A stretch of 64,000 nt of DNA from an uncultured Eubacteriales bacterium (GCA_964585685.1 CAZPEP010000039.1:21043-85042), one strand, 5' to 3'. Positions 27,313-37,375 are shown, counted from the first letter of the stretch. The notes: generated from the sequence alone by a model not told the origin. Translations and numbers: made by a program.

Positions 27313-27591
27313 CTAGCCGCCCCCTGAAATAGGGATGAATGAGATTCTATCTCCTTCGGCCAGTCTTCGGCCGCTTTTAATGTAGGTCTCGAACAGCTCT
27401 TTATTGATGAAAATCCGGACGCTTTTTTCGAGGATTCCCGACCAAGGGATCTGAAATCGTTTGATGATCATATCGATGGCCTCTCGAGGATCTGCCGGCA
27501 ACTGCATTTCAAGCTCTCTTTGACCCGAATACCGTTGCATGACCGTGATAAAGCGGACGCCGATCAAGATGGATTGTTGTATCTGTACCAA
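27313..27591 (-). CDS. MoaD/ThiS-family ubiquitin-like sulfur carrier
   Basis: 92 aa ending RLAEGDRISFIPISGGG; TTG start with GGAG RBS. Confidence 0.85.
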   Translation of the reverse strand: MVQIQQSILIGVRFITVMQRYSGQRELEMQLPADPREAIDMIIKRFQIPWSGILEKSVRIFINKELFETYIKSGRRLAEGDRISFIPISGGG

Positions 27592-27595
27592 GAAT

Positions 27596-27856
27596 TCACT
27601 CCGACCTCTTCAGGTCCCTGATGATCCCCGCATCATGCCACTCCTTGATGGTCCCCCACTGGAAATTCCGGTCGGTGAACCCGACTACGTGCAACCCCGT
27701 TTCTTTTTCACACTTTAAAAAGGCCTGGATGGAATCATAGTTCAAGCCATCCATGGATTCGATCTCCAGCCAGCGATCCCGCTCGACCTCCAAAAATACG
27801 TGGTCTCTCGCTAGATCGTATAGTGATTTTGCGATCCTTATTCTATGAGCTTTCAT
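27596..27856 (-). CDS. Hypothetical protein (86 aa)
   Basis: Open frame ending 4 nt before the MoaD-like start; plausible RBS; no recognisable motif. Confidence 0.55.
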   Translation of the reverse strand: MKAHRIRIAKSLYDLARDHVFLEVERDRWLEIESMDGLNYDSIQAFLKCEKETGLHVVGFTDRNFQWGTIKEWHDAGIIRDLKRSE

Positions 27857-27946
27857 CGGACCCCCTGCCCGTGATTTCTCCGGGGACGGAACGACGACTT
27901 TCGGCCATGGCCAAATCGTTCGCAGTCCCTAATCCGGCTTTCCGGA

Positions 27947-29224
27947 TTACCCGGTCTTGAGCGAGGCCGTTGCCTTGAGCATCAGGTCGATTTCCTCGGG
28001 TGTATTGTAATGCCCAGCTGAGAGCCGAACCGCGTCCGGCCATCCCAGCGCATCTAACGAGACGGTGGAATAGGCATCCCTGATTCTGGCGGCGAGCCGT
28101 ATCCCATGCTCCTTGTTGTATCGGCAGATGGCTGTTGAGGAGTCCATCCCCGCCAAACGAAACAAGAAGATGCAGAGACGGTCGCCGATTCCTTCCGGCA
28201 TGCCGCAGACCTCGACATGATCCTGATGGAGGAGGCCGGGGTGCGCTTCTGTCCCTTTCATGGCGCGATGGAGCAGCGCGTTCATGTGCTTGTGGATCGC
28301 TTCCTTGGCGGCAACGATCTGGGCTCGTCGGTCCAAGGCTTCTGTGAAATGGCTTCCGAGCCAGCAGAGATAGTCGACCGTGGTCGACCAGGCGGCATAC
28401 ATCATGTGGGCGGGGGAGCCCAGGACCCAATTTGTATCCGGCTTCCCGTGCAGCCTCTCATGGGGCAGCTTGGCCAGCCTGTCTGAAATATGAGCAAACC
28501 CGATCCCCTTGACGCAATAAGCCTTGTAAGGGCCAAACGCATAGGCATCGGCGCCGTATTCCTCCACCTCGATCGGGCCATGCGGCGCGTATTGGACGGC
28601 GTCCACGAGAACGTAGAGATCCGGCTTTATCGTTCTAGCCTCGTCGATGATGGTCCTGACATCATTGATCGCGCCCGTCTGGTTCGATCCGTGCTGGAAG
28701 GCCAAGAGGCATGTGCTTTTATCGATTTTTTCGAGGATGTTGTTGATCGGGACCGAACTCGTTTCTCTGGAGAGTTCGGCCACGCGCCATTGCTTGCCGT
28801 ATTTCTCGGCGTAGTATCGGGTGGCCCCTAGAACGGCCGGGTGTTCGAGTTCCGTAGTCACGACGTTATCGCCCGGGACGGAAGAAACCACGGCTTCAAT
28901 GGCCCGAAACATTGTCTGGGTTGCGCTGTGGGAAGGCACGACGGAACCCGACTTCGCCCCTAAGAAGAGCTTGACATCCGAGGTCCCTTTTTCCACGGCT
29001 TCGACCACGGCTTCAGAAGCGGGATTGAACCGATAAAGCTCATCAGGGAGAGCCGCTTCCCTGGCGATGGTATCGACAACGGACTTAAGCCTGAGAGAAC
29101 CGCCAGAGGCCTCGAAATACACCCGCTTTCCCGAGTAAGGATCCCAATCGGGATACATGAATCGGTTCCGGATCTCAGCCAGAAGCCCGGGGGAAAACAA
29201 GCCATTGTCGAGATTCGTCCTCAT
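27947..29224 (-). CDS. Class V PLP enzyme, cysteine desulfurase-like fold without the catalytic Cys loop
   Basis: LEHPA, DAVQYAPH, FGPYKAY (PLP Lys), VRLSAGHYNT; AGGAGG RBS before ATG 29224. Confidence 0.8.
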   Translation of the reverse strand: MRTNLDNGLFSPGLLAEIRNRFMYPDWDPYSGKRVYFEASGGSLRLKSVVDTIAREAALPDELYRFNPASEAVVEAVEKGTSDVKLFLGAKSGSVVPSHSATQTMFRAIEAVVSSVPGDNVVTTELEHPAVLGATRYYAEKYGKQWRVAELSRETSSVPINNILEKIDKSTCLLAFQHGSNQTGAINDVRTIIDEARTIKPDLYVLVDAVQYAPHGPIEVEEYGADAYAFGPYKAYCVKGIGFAHISDRLAKLPHERLHGKPDTNWVLGSPAHMMYAAWSTTVDYLCWLGSHFTEALDRRAQIVAAKEAIHKHMNALLHRAMKGTEAHPGLLHQDHVEVCGMPEGIGDRLCIFLFRLAGMDSSTAICRYNKEHGIRLAARIRDAYSTVSLDALGWPDAVRLSAGHYNTPEEIDLMLKATASLKTG

Positions 29225-29276
29225 AACGTTCCTCCTTGAGACGTCGCTCATGTCTTCTGAATCGGCTCAAGTATTC

Positions 29277-29304
29277 AGTTTAGTTATTTTGAGGGCCAAG
29301 TCAA
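29277..29304 (-). promoter_or_regulatory. Putative promoter of the PLP enzyme/MoaD-like operon
   Basis: Minus strand TTGACT-N16-TAAACT. Confidence 0.45.
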
Positions 29305-29463
29305 GAAAAAGCGCGAACAAAACTTCTAATCTGTAGCTTAAGCTCGCCATCGGATGAATTATCCTTTCACTGCTTAGTCCAAAATCATGATATATTACTT
29401 TACAAGTGACCTTTTGTATTGATAAAATGCGAGTCCTTAATTGATGAAAGGAGATACCTGCTC

Positions 29464-30579
29464 ATGGAAAATAGGCTAAACGACATCGAAGAGGTCCTCC
29501 TTATGGGGCCGGGCCCCTCGTGCGTCCATGAATCTGTCTATGCGGCGCTTGGCCGGAAAACTTTGGGCCACATGGATCCCTGCTTCATCGAGATCATGGA
29601 TGAAGTCAAAAAGTTGCTGTTGGTCGTTATGCAGACACAGAACAGGATGACCATTCCCATATCGGGGACCGGGTCGGCCGGGATGGAAACATGCTTCGTC
29701 AATCTCATCGAGAAGGACGATCCCGTGCTCATCTTGATCAACGGCGTCTTCGGTAAGCGCATGCAGGACGTCGCCGGCCGATTGGGTGCCCGGGTCGATG
29801 CGCTGGAGTTCGAATGGGGAACGCCTGTCGTCCCGGACCGTGTCGAAGAGAAATTGAAGAGCGGCCGTTATAGAATTCTTGCCGTTGTGCATGCCGAAAC
29901 TTCGACGGGCGTGAAAAATCCAGTCGAGGAAATAGGCGGGATGCTGCGGGGGAAAGACACTCTTTATCTTGTTGATGCGGTCACCAGCCTCGGAGGGATG
30001 AAGGTGGCTACAGACGAATGGGGCGTGGATGCCCTTTATAGCGGGTCACAAAAATGCCTTTCCTGCCCACCGGGGTTGTCGCCCGTTTCCTTTTCCAACA
30101 GAGCTCTGGAGGCCATCTTGGGCAGAAAGACGAAAGTCCCGAACTGGTATCTCGATATCAGTCTGTTGACCCAATACTGGGGCGGAAAATCGCGCGTCTA
30201 TCACCACACGGCTCCCATCAACATGATCTATGCTCTTTATCAAGCCCTCCTACTCATCGTGGAGGAAGGGTTCGAGAACGTCTGCCGGCGGCATCAGGAT
30301 TGTCACAGGCGGTTGGTTCAGGGACTTGAGGCCTTGGGACTGAAGATGCTGGTCGCCCCGGATTATCGGCTTCCGATGCTGAACTCGCTGTATATTCCCG
30401 AGGGCGCCGATGATGCCGGAGTGCGCCGTCGGCTCAGAAATGAATACAAGATCGAGATCGGGGCCGGGTTGGGACCTTTGGCCGGAAAGATCTGGCGCAT
30501 CGGACTGATGGGTCATACGGCCAGGCCGGAGAACGTCGATAGGGTATTGCAGGCGCTGAAAGAGATTTTGGGCCGCTAG
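29464..30579 (+). CDS. Alanine-glyoxylate / serine-pyruvate aminotransferase (class V)
   Basis: LLMGPGPS, SGTGSAGME, HAETSTGV, SGSQKCLSCPPG, IWRIGLMG. Confidence 0.92.
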   Translation: MENRLNDIEEVLLMGPGPSCVHESVYAALGRKTLGHMDPCFIEIMDEVKKLLLVVMQTQNRMTIPISGTGSAGMETCFVNLIEKDDPVLILINGVFGKRMQDVAGRLGARVDALEFEWGTPVVPDRVEEKLKSGRYRILAVVHAETSTGVKNPVEEIGGMLRGKDTLYLVDAVTSLGGMKVATDEWGVDALYSGSQKCLSCPPGLSPVSFSNRALEAILGRKTKVPNWYLDISLLTQYWGGKSRVYHHTAPINMIYALYQALLLIVEEGFENVCRRHQDCHRRLVQGLEALGLKMLVAPDYRLPMLNSLYIPEGADDAGVRRRLRNEYKIEIGAGLGPLAGKIWRIGLMGHTARPENVDRVLQALKEILGR

Positions 30580-30771
30580 TTCGTTAGGGGAGATCCGGAT
30601 GTTTCCGGGGTCTGAACGGCGGTCCGGAGACGCTGAGGTGAGGCGAGGATTGATTCTCCCGCAGCTGTTCGGATATATCCCTCGATGGTTCCCAATGGGG
30701 GGACGGCTAAAGAGACAGAGGCTGCGGTTGCTTCAAGCTCTCCATATGATTTCACAAAAAGGAGGACAACG

Positions 30772-32658
30772 ATGGCTCCTGGCTATTTAGGCAAGATCCT
30801 CAGAATCAACCTCAACGATCTGTCCTACGCGATCGAGGGGAAAAGCGAATTCTTTTACAGAACATTCATGGGCGGAAGCGCGATGGCGTCCTACTTCCTT
30901 TTGACGGAACTCAAGAAAGGAATCGATCCGCTCGGACCGGAGAATGTCCTGGTCCTGACAACCTCGGTCCTGACAGGGGCGCCTTTGCCGGGGGCGAACC
31001 GGATCACAATGGCGGCGAAGTCTCCCCTCAGCGAAGGCTTCGGAGAAGCTGAGGCCGGAGGCTTTTTTTCGGTGGAGTTGAAGAAAGCCGGATTTGATGC
31101 CGTCGTTATCCGGGGGAAAGCGCCGAGGCCCGTCTATCTCTGGATCGCCGACGGGAAGGTAGCGTTCAAGGATGCAAGCCATCTCTGGGGGCACGATTCC
31201 GGCTTTGCCCAGGACACAATTCGACAGGAATTGGGCGATGCCAAGATCCAGACACTGACCATCGGCCAGGGAGCCGAGAACCTGGTTCGATATGCCTGCG
31301 TGGTCCACGATCTCCGTCATACGTGCGGACGGTCGGGGATGGGAGCCGTCATGGGCTCTAAGAATATCAAAGCCATCGCTGTCCGGGGGAAGCTTGACCT
31401 GGAGCTGCATAATAAAGAAAAGATCAAGGAATTGAGCTCGTTCTTTGCCCGCAACAGGAAAGGTCACCCCGTCTGCGATATCCTTACGTACGGAGGGACT
31501 TGGGGATGGGATATGGAGGACATGGATACCGACGGTGTCCTGCCAACCCAGAACTTTCATGGAGGGGCTTTTGACAAGATAGAGGATGTGACATTCGAAA
31601 AGCTGAAGGAAACCGTCTTCAGCGGTCAATACACGTGTTATGCTTGTCCCGTCCGCTGCAAGCCGATCTGCCAAGGCGGGAAATACGAGATCGATTCCGC
31701 CTACGGGGGTCCTCAATACGAAACGGCCGGCGCTTTCGGGCCCAATCTGCTGATCCATGATGTCGAGGTGATCGCCAAAGCCCACGAACTCTGCAATAGA
31801 TACACGATCGACACGATCGATACGGGCATGACGATCTCATTCGCCATGGAATGCTTCGAGCAGGGCCTGATCACGAAAGAGGATACGGGTGGAATCGATT
31901 TGCGTTTTGGCAACGGCGAAGCGCTCCTGCAGATGATCGAGAAGATCGCCTTCCGGCAGGGCTTCGGAGCGCTCCTGGCTGAAGGAAGCTATAGAGCAGC
32001 CAAGGCCATAGGCAAGGGCGCCCAGCGATTTGCCATGACGGTCAAAAAGCAAGCCTTCGCCATGCATGAGCCGAGGGGGAAGAACAACATCGGATTTGCC
32101 TTTGCTCTTTCGCCGACGGGCGCGGACCATATCGAGGCGGCTCATGACATGAATTTCCAGGAGGGGAAATGGGCCGTCGCGGATCTTTTCCCGATAGGAA
32201 TTTTGAAGGGCATCCCGGCCCGGGATCTCAGCCCTTACAAGGTCAGGTGGTTCGTCCTGAATCAGCATATCTACAGCGCTCTGAACACACTCTGCCTGTG
32301 CTTTTTCACCGTGGGTCCGGCGCGGCTCTTCCGTCTGAATCACATGGTCGAGATGGTGAACGCGGCCACAGGATGGGAAACGAGCCTGTTCGAACTAATG
32401 ATGTTGGGGGAGAGAACCACGACCTTGGCGCGCCTCTTCAACGCTCGGGAGGGTTTCGATCGAAAAGAAGACGAACTCCCGGAGCGGCTTTTCGAACCCC
32501 TGGAGACAGGCCCGCTGACTGGCGTAAAGTTGGAAAAGAAGGACTTCACCAGGGCCCTGGATCTGTATTATGAGATGATGGGCTGGGATGTCGCCACGGG
32601 AGTGCCGCGAGAAGCGAAACTCTACCATCTCAACATTGCCGACCTATCGCAATTCTGA
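30772..32658 (+). CDS. aor: Aldehyde:ferredoxin oxidoreductase family (tungstopterin) enzyme
   Basis: GKILRINL, GRSGMGAVMGSKNIKAI, CYACPVRC, GPQYET, DELPERLF, YYEMMGWD; GGAGG RBS. Confidence 0.92.
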   Translation: MAPGYLGKILRINLNDLSYAIEGKSEFFYRTFMGGSAMASYFLLTELKKGIDPLGPENVLVLTTSVLTGAPLPGANRITMAAKSPLSEGFGEAEAGGFFSVELKKAGFDAVVIRGKAPRPVYLWIADGKVAFKDASHLWGHDSGFAQDTIRQELGDAKIQTLTIGQGAENLVRYACVVHDLRHTCGRSGMGAVMGSKNIKAIAVRGKLDLELHNKEKIKELSSFFARNRKGHPVCDILTYGGTWGWDMEDMDTDGVLPTQNFHGGAFDKIEDVTFEKLKETVFSGQYTCYACPVRCKPICQGGKYEIDSAYGGPQYETAGAFGPNLLIHDVEVIAKAHELCNRYTIDTIDTGMTISFAMECFEQGLITKEDTGGIDLRFGNGEALLQMIEKIAFRQGFGALLAEGSYRAAKAIGKGAQRFAMTVKKQAFAMHEPRGKNNIGFAFALSPTGADHIEAAHDMNFQEGKWAVADLFPIGILKGIPARDLSPYKVRWFVLNQHIYSALNTLCLCFFTVGPARLFRLNHMVEMVNAATGWETSLFELMMLGERTTTLARLFNAREGFDRKEDELPERLFEPLETGPLTGVKLEKKDFTRALDLYYEMMGWDVATGVPREAKLYHLNIADLSQF

Positions 32659-32675
32659 CTGACGAGGAGTCGAGC

Positions 32676-34019
32676 ATGGGTTTGAATAATATCTTCCCGG
32701 CGTTCTTGGGCACTTTTTTTCTGCTCGGGGGAACCGTTGTCCAAGCCCAGGAGGCCAAGGCACGTTTTGAGATGCTGAACCTGATCAGGAAGGAGAAATT
32801 CGACAAGATCCTGCCGGGCGCGATGCGGGATCATCATGTCGACATGTGGATTCATGTGATCCGGAGAGGGGACCCCGACGCCTTCGCCCTGGATTTTGGA
32901 GCGACGATGGGCTCTATCATCTTTGCCGACAGGGGGGGAGACCGCATCGAGAGGGCTATATTCGGCAACAGTTTTGCCGACATTGCCGACGACTCCGTTT
33001 ATGACATCATCGGCGAGGAGACCGATATCACTCAGCATATCGCCGCGCGCGATCCTCAAAGGATCGCGATCAACATGTCGGAATCCCTCACCCACGCGGA
33101 TGGGCTTTCGCATACGGGGTATAAGAAATTGGCGGGTTTGCTGGGCGAGAAATACACCAATAGACTGATCTCTTCCGAAGAGGTTGTCACCGATTTCCGG
33201 GTGAGACGGGTCCAGACGGAAATCATTACCTTTGCCAAGGCCTGCGAGATCCAGAGACTCATCATGGAGGCGGCTTTGGGAAGCATAAAGCCCGGGGTCA
33301 CGACCCGGGAGGAACTCGGGTCGTGGGCGAATGATCAGCTGCTGTCCCAGAGAATCGAACCGTCATATTTCGGGCTGGATCTGCCCGGCATTCAGCATTC
33401 CGAAACCGCTGACCCTTCCGAAACCAGCCGACCGGGATATGCTTTCCAGAGGGGAGACCTGATATCGTGGGATTGGGGGATCCATTACCTCAATTTCGGA
33501 ACCGACTACAAACGAAAAGCGTACATCCTTCGGGAGGGAGAAACGACGCTTCCCAAGAGCATCCAGAAGGCTTGGGATAGAGGGCTGAAGGCCCGGGAAG
33601 TGATCTGTCGGACATTCACCGCGGGACGGACCGCGGGGGAAACGCTGAAGATCGTGGTCGCTGCTTTGGGAAAGGCGGGATTCGCCTATACGCCATTTAT
33701 GGATACCGATCGGGATGCTGAGATCATCCAGTCCCTGAGGGATTCGGATCAATCCGGATTTTCCATCGATTGCCATTGCGTGGGCAATACGGGCAACAGC
33801 GAAATCGCCGAGGGCCCCTCCATGGCGCCGTTCCGTCCCTATCGGGCCCATCTCCTGGTCCAGCCGAACAATCTCATCTCTTTTGAATTCATCGTACACA
33901 CCTGGATCCCTGAATGGGGAAAAAGGCTGGCCATCAACTTCGAGGACAATGCCGTCGTGACGGAACGAGGCGTGGAGGCGCTCTACCCTCGGAACGACAC
34001 GATCATCCTGGTCCGATGA
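32676..34019 (+). CDS. Secreted M24 (Xaa-Pro peptidase fold) metallopeptidase
   Basis: Signal peptide; ligand motifs WDWG...GTDYK, DCHCVG, SFEF, FEDN. Confidence 0.82.
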   Translation: MGLNNIFPAFLGTFFLLGGTVVQAQEAKARFEMLNLIRKEKFDKILPGAMRDHHVDMWIHVIRRGDPDAFALDFGATMGSIIFADRGGDRIERAIFGNSFADIADDSVYDIIGEETDITQHIAARDPQRIAINMSESLTHADGLSHTGYKKLAGLLGEKYTNRLISSEEVVTDFRVRRVQTEIITFAKACEIQRLIMEAALGSIKPGVTTREELGSWANDQLLSQRIEPSYFGLDLPGIQHSETADPSETSRPGYAFQRGDLISWDWGIHYLNFGTDYKRKAYILREGETTLPKSIQKAWDRGLKAREVICRTFTAGRTAGETLKIVVAALGKAGFAYTPFMDTDRDAEIIQSLRDSDQSGFSIDCHCVGNTGNSEIAEGPSMAPFRPYRAHLLVQPNNLISFEFIVHTWIPEWGKRLAINFEDNAVVTERGVEALYPRNDTIILVR

Positions 34020-34101
34020 CGGTATTGCGTGTCCATGCTCTTTTGAGGCCAGGTCCCGGACAGACAAGCGGAACACGAAGAATCTCATCGTCAGAACGAG
34101 A

Positions 34102-34995
34102 ATGGGTTTTTCTTTGATAGAAAAGAAAGATGACACGATAAAAGCGTATGTGAGTTGCCTTCTGCTCTTGACTCTGGGCATTTTGGGGTGCCGATCGAAC
34201 CGCTCTCCGGCTCCGGAATCCCGAAAACTTCAGTTGACCAAAAAGGTCGAGGTCTTTGGCCTGTTTCTCTATGCGACCGATCGTGTGGCCGATGAAAAAT
34301 TGCTCCATGCGGCGCGTGTCCTGGCTGAATACCTGGATAACGATGAAAGCGGGATCCCCGACAACCCGCTGGTCCTAGAGGCGCTGCTTGCCCAAGATGC
34401 TGCCATCCTGATGGGCTGCGATGAGGACGAACTCCGTTCGCTGGACCGGGGGGGGATCCCCCCCGGGGCTACGCAATTCCTCTATGACTATGAGACGCGC
34501 CCGGGTGGGGCGGAACGGGGGGTTTTTGATGCGGCCGTCGAAGAGATCCTCCATCCCATCACCGACGTCGGATACGCGACCGCTTATCCGGATGTTTTCG
34601 GGACCGGCCCCGGCTCGGAAGTGGCCAGGATCATGGACGAGGCGAGGGGAGGCCATTTCGAGAAGGTCCCCGAGAAATATCCGGAAAGCGCTTGGTATAC
34701 CTATTATGATAAGACGTGCCTCTACGAATGCCAGGTCACGGAATATGTCTATTGGGCCTTAACATCGATACTCGGCGCTCAGGATTTCCCTGGACGCCTG
34801 GAGCAGATCCGGCAAGAGTGGAGATACAACACTCCAGAGAAGGTCAGGATGGGCGATCCAAAAGTCTATAATCTCTTAACGGATCCTCAGTACAGGTTCC
34901 CGACGTTCCTGCCGAACGGTGATTACGCCGCGAATTCCTTGACCATCCAGAAGCATGAATCCCTCATTTTGGACACGCCAGCTTCTGATCCTTGA
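34102..34995 (+). CDS. Uncharacterised lipoprotein, zincin-like EExxH domain (paralog 1)
   Basis: Lipobox ILGC; DAAVEEILHPITDVG...TEYVYW; exact start uncertain. Confidence 0.75.
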   Translation: MGFSLIEKKDDTIKAYVSCLLLLTLGILGCRSNRSPAPESRKLQLTKKVEVFGLFLYATDRVADEKLLHAARVLAEYLDNDESGIPDNPLVLEALLAQDAAILMGCDEDELRSLDRGGIPPGATQFLYDYETRPGGAERGVFDAAVEEILHPITDVGYATAYPDVFGTGPGSEVARIMDEARGGHFEKVPEKYPESAWYTYYDKTCLYECQVTEYVYWALTSILGAQDFPGRLEQIRQEWRYNTPEKVRMGDPKVYNLLTDPQYRFPTFLPNGDYAANSLTIQKHESLILDTPASDP

Positions 34996-36286
34996 ACTTG
35001 AGGAATTCGATATCCGCCAACTCGTCCTCTCCGTCACGACCGGGAAAGGTATCCTTGACGATGACTTTGTTGCCTGCTTCCTTTATCTCATATTCCGTGG
35101 AACTGCCTGAAAATTCCGCCGTATCTTTGCCTTCTCCCCCCGCGATCAGGTCATTTCCCTTTCCGCCAATGATCAGGTTGTTGCCGTCATTCCCTGTTAG
35201 CCTGTTATCCTGGTCATTGCCGAGAATGTTCGAATTGTTCTTCCCGGTCAGGATGATGTTGAGAAGGTGTTGGGATTTGTGGGTATATTCTGCATCCTGA
35301 TCAAGAATCGTTGAAAAAGTCCCTTCAAATGACGGATCGATATAGGCATTATAGGTCAAATATCCCGGCCAGAATTTTTCAACAAGACCGTCTAGAGCCG
35401 GGTCGCCCGCTTTCATTTCCGCTCTCGTATGGAAGGGATACTCGTTGCCAAAAGATTTCCCGTCACCCTGAGGATTGTGATCCCACAGGCCGAAATAGAT
35501 ATCGAAACCCGTGATGATGTATTCATGAGATGCCGGCCGCCCGTACAAATATTTCCCGGCTTTAACGGCCGCCTGTTCCGCCTCGACGATTTCCTTTTGG
35601 AATTCAGGCAGAACCTCCTCCAGTCCTTTGGCATGAACAAGATGCATGATCTCCTCATAGGAGGCATCCCGGGTAAAACGATGACCCGGCTTCGCCTTAT
35701 TGTGGAGATATTCATAACTGCCCTCGACGGGAGATTCCGTCGCATAGAGATCCTGGATCCTGAGCTCTGAATCCCTCAATATGGGACGCGTGGCAAAGGA
35801 CTTGATCTCCGTATCCGTATAGATGAGCGTGGCCCTGACGTCCGCCATCCTGTTGGCCAGCGCGGTTTTATCATGACCGTATTGCGTGCCGGGAGCATCG
35901 GTCAGATGGTATCTCAAGATCTCCCTCGCCCTAACAAGCTGCAAGTCACTCACGCCGGACTGGGCAAAAATATGGATGGGCTTGCCGTTGGGGGCCAAGT
36001 GTTTCGTGTATTTCGAGAACAGGCCGCTTAGCGTCTTCCCGAGCTCCTTCGGGAGCGGAACGATCCCGAGAGGGGACGTTGACGTGTCGATCCGGTCGAG
36101 GGCCGCATAATTGATGTCGATCCGTTCAGGCACGTCATATTTGACCTCTGCAACGGCCCTCTCCATTCTCGCCCTTCTGTCATCCTGGGCGGTTCGTTTT
36201 ACACTTGCGGCCGGCTGCCCCGTTCGCGTCCCACACGACAGGATCGAAAAGGCCACGATGATCATTGAGGCCGTCCGTCTCATCAT
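34964..36286 (-). CDS. Lipoprotein, EExxH domain plus C-terminal RTX/hemolysin-type Ca-binding repeats (paralog 2)
   Basis: Lipobox ILSC; DASYEEIMHLVHAKG...HEYII; GNDQDNRLTGNDGNNLIIGGKGNDLIAGGEGKD. Confidence 0.8.
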   Translation of the reverse strand: MMRRTASMIIVAFSILSCGTRTGQPAASVKRTAQDDRRARMERAVAEVKYDVPERIDINYAALDRIDTSTSPLGIVPLPKELGKTLSGLFSKYTKHLAPNGKPIHIFAQSGVSDLQLVRAREILRYHLTDAPGTQYGHDKTALANRMADVRATLIYTDTEIKSFATRPILRDSELRIQDLYATESPVEGSYEYLHNKAKPGHRFTRDASYEEIMHLVHAKGLEEVLPEFQKEIVEAEQAAVKAGKYLYGRPASHEYIITGFDIYFGLWDHNPQGDGKSFGNEYPFHTRAEMKAGDPALDGLVEKFWPGYLTYNAYIDPSFEGTFSTILDQDAEYTHKSQHLLNIILTGKNNSNILGNDQDNRLTGNDGNNLIIGGKGNDLIAGGEGKDTAEFSGSSTEYEIKEAGNKVIVKDTFPGRDGEDELADIEFLKFKDQKLACPK

Positions 36287-36478
36287 TTATGCCTCCTGTA
36301 GAAGAATTCCTGCTGCTAAGGGGCGGAGAATCCGGCAGTCTCGCCAGGCCAGGGTCATGGCGGCGACGAGAGAGACATGAGCGACGGCCTCACCGCGGGC
36401 GCCCGCGTTATCCGGCCGCCCGGTGGGGAGGCTGGGGTCAACCGCCGCCAAGACGTAAGGGACGTGTTTGGAAAACAC

Positions 36479-37375
36479 CTAGCGGTCCTCCGCGTTGGCG
36501 CTGTTCCCGGCAAATTCGTCGAGTGTCGACCGGCCGGGAGGCGCCATGACTTTCGGAATGGTGGTTTCGAAGAGCTTGAACGACCGGGGAAGCTTGGTTT
36601 TGAGTTCGGAGCTGTTCATGAAGGACCACTCGGCCTTTTTCGGGCCGTAAGGCTCCCGGAGATCCCAGGATGTATAGATGATCCAATACGCATATTCCTG
36701 GAGCAATATGCGATTCCATACGTCTTCGTTCTCTTTCTCATCCTCGTACTGTCTGATATCGTAATAGCCCTTCTGGATCGCTTCCTGCATCGCCTGATAT
36801 AGCTTTGAGGTTTTGGAGATGCCCCACTCTTCTGGAAACGTGTAATGAAGCCCGACGTCGGTCACGTGATGGAGGATGTGCTCGACGACCTCGTTGACCT
36901 GTCCGGGGACGCCTTCCATGATGATATCGCAGATGCTGTTCCGGCTTGTTGTAAGGTCCCAGGCCGCCCGGTCGGACGGATCAAACTCCTGCTCTTTGCC
37001 CTTAAAGAGCGGGATCACAGTCCGGTATTTATACATATTTGTGAGAATCTCTTTTTGCAGATCCCTATCGATGGCCTTATCTTGAGGAAATATTTTTTTG
37101 ATGGTTTGAGCGACCTTCCGCATAAATTCGTTGCTGATGTCGTCCCGGCCGATCAAAGTGATACCGTAGACCGAAAGTTTTTTCGTGAACGGCGCGTATT
37201 CGTCCGTCGGAACGATCTCGCTTTCTTGATAGAGATCGGAGGGCACTTCACCTACGGGCGAGACGAGGATGCAGCCCCCCAAATAGGTTTTTGCCGTTCC
37301 CGTCTTTTCAGCGGCGCATGAACCCAGCAGGGCGATCAAACAAAGAAAGGCCCAATAAACGCGTGGTGCGAACAT
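36479..37375 (-). CDS. Uncharacterised lipoprotein, divergent EHxxH variant (paralog 3)
   Basis: Lipobox LGSC; FTKKLSVYG...EVVEHILHHVTDVG...QEYAYW. Confidence 0.75.
   Translation of the reverse strand: MFAPRVYWAFLCLIALLGSCAAEKTGTAKTYLGGCILVSPVGEVPSDLYQESEIVPTDEYAPFTKKLSVYGITLIGRDDISNEFMRKVAQTIKKIFPQDKAIDRDLQKEILTNMYKYRTVIPLFKGKEQEFDPSDRAAWDLTTSRNSICDIIMEGVPGQVNEVVEHILHHVTDVGLHYTFPEEWGISKTSKLYQAMQEAIQKGYYDIRQYEDEKENEDVWNRILLQEYAYWIIYTSWDLREPYGPKKAEWSFMNSSELKTKLPRSFKLFETTIPKVMAPPGRSTLDEFAGNSANAEDR

Noticed and set aside
30580-30771. Moco/Tuco riboswitch upstream of aor
   Set aside because: I could not find the conserved CCTAAG and GCCTCC elements of the Moco RNA motif.
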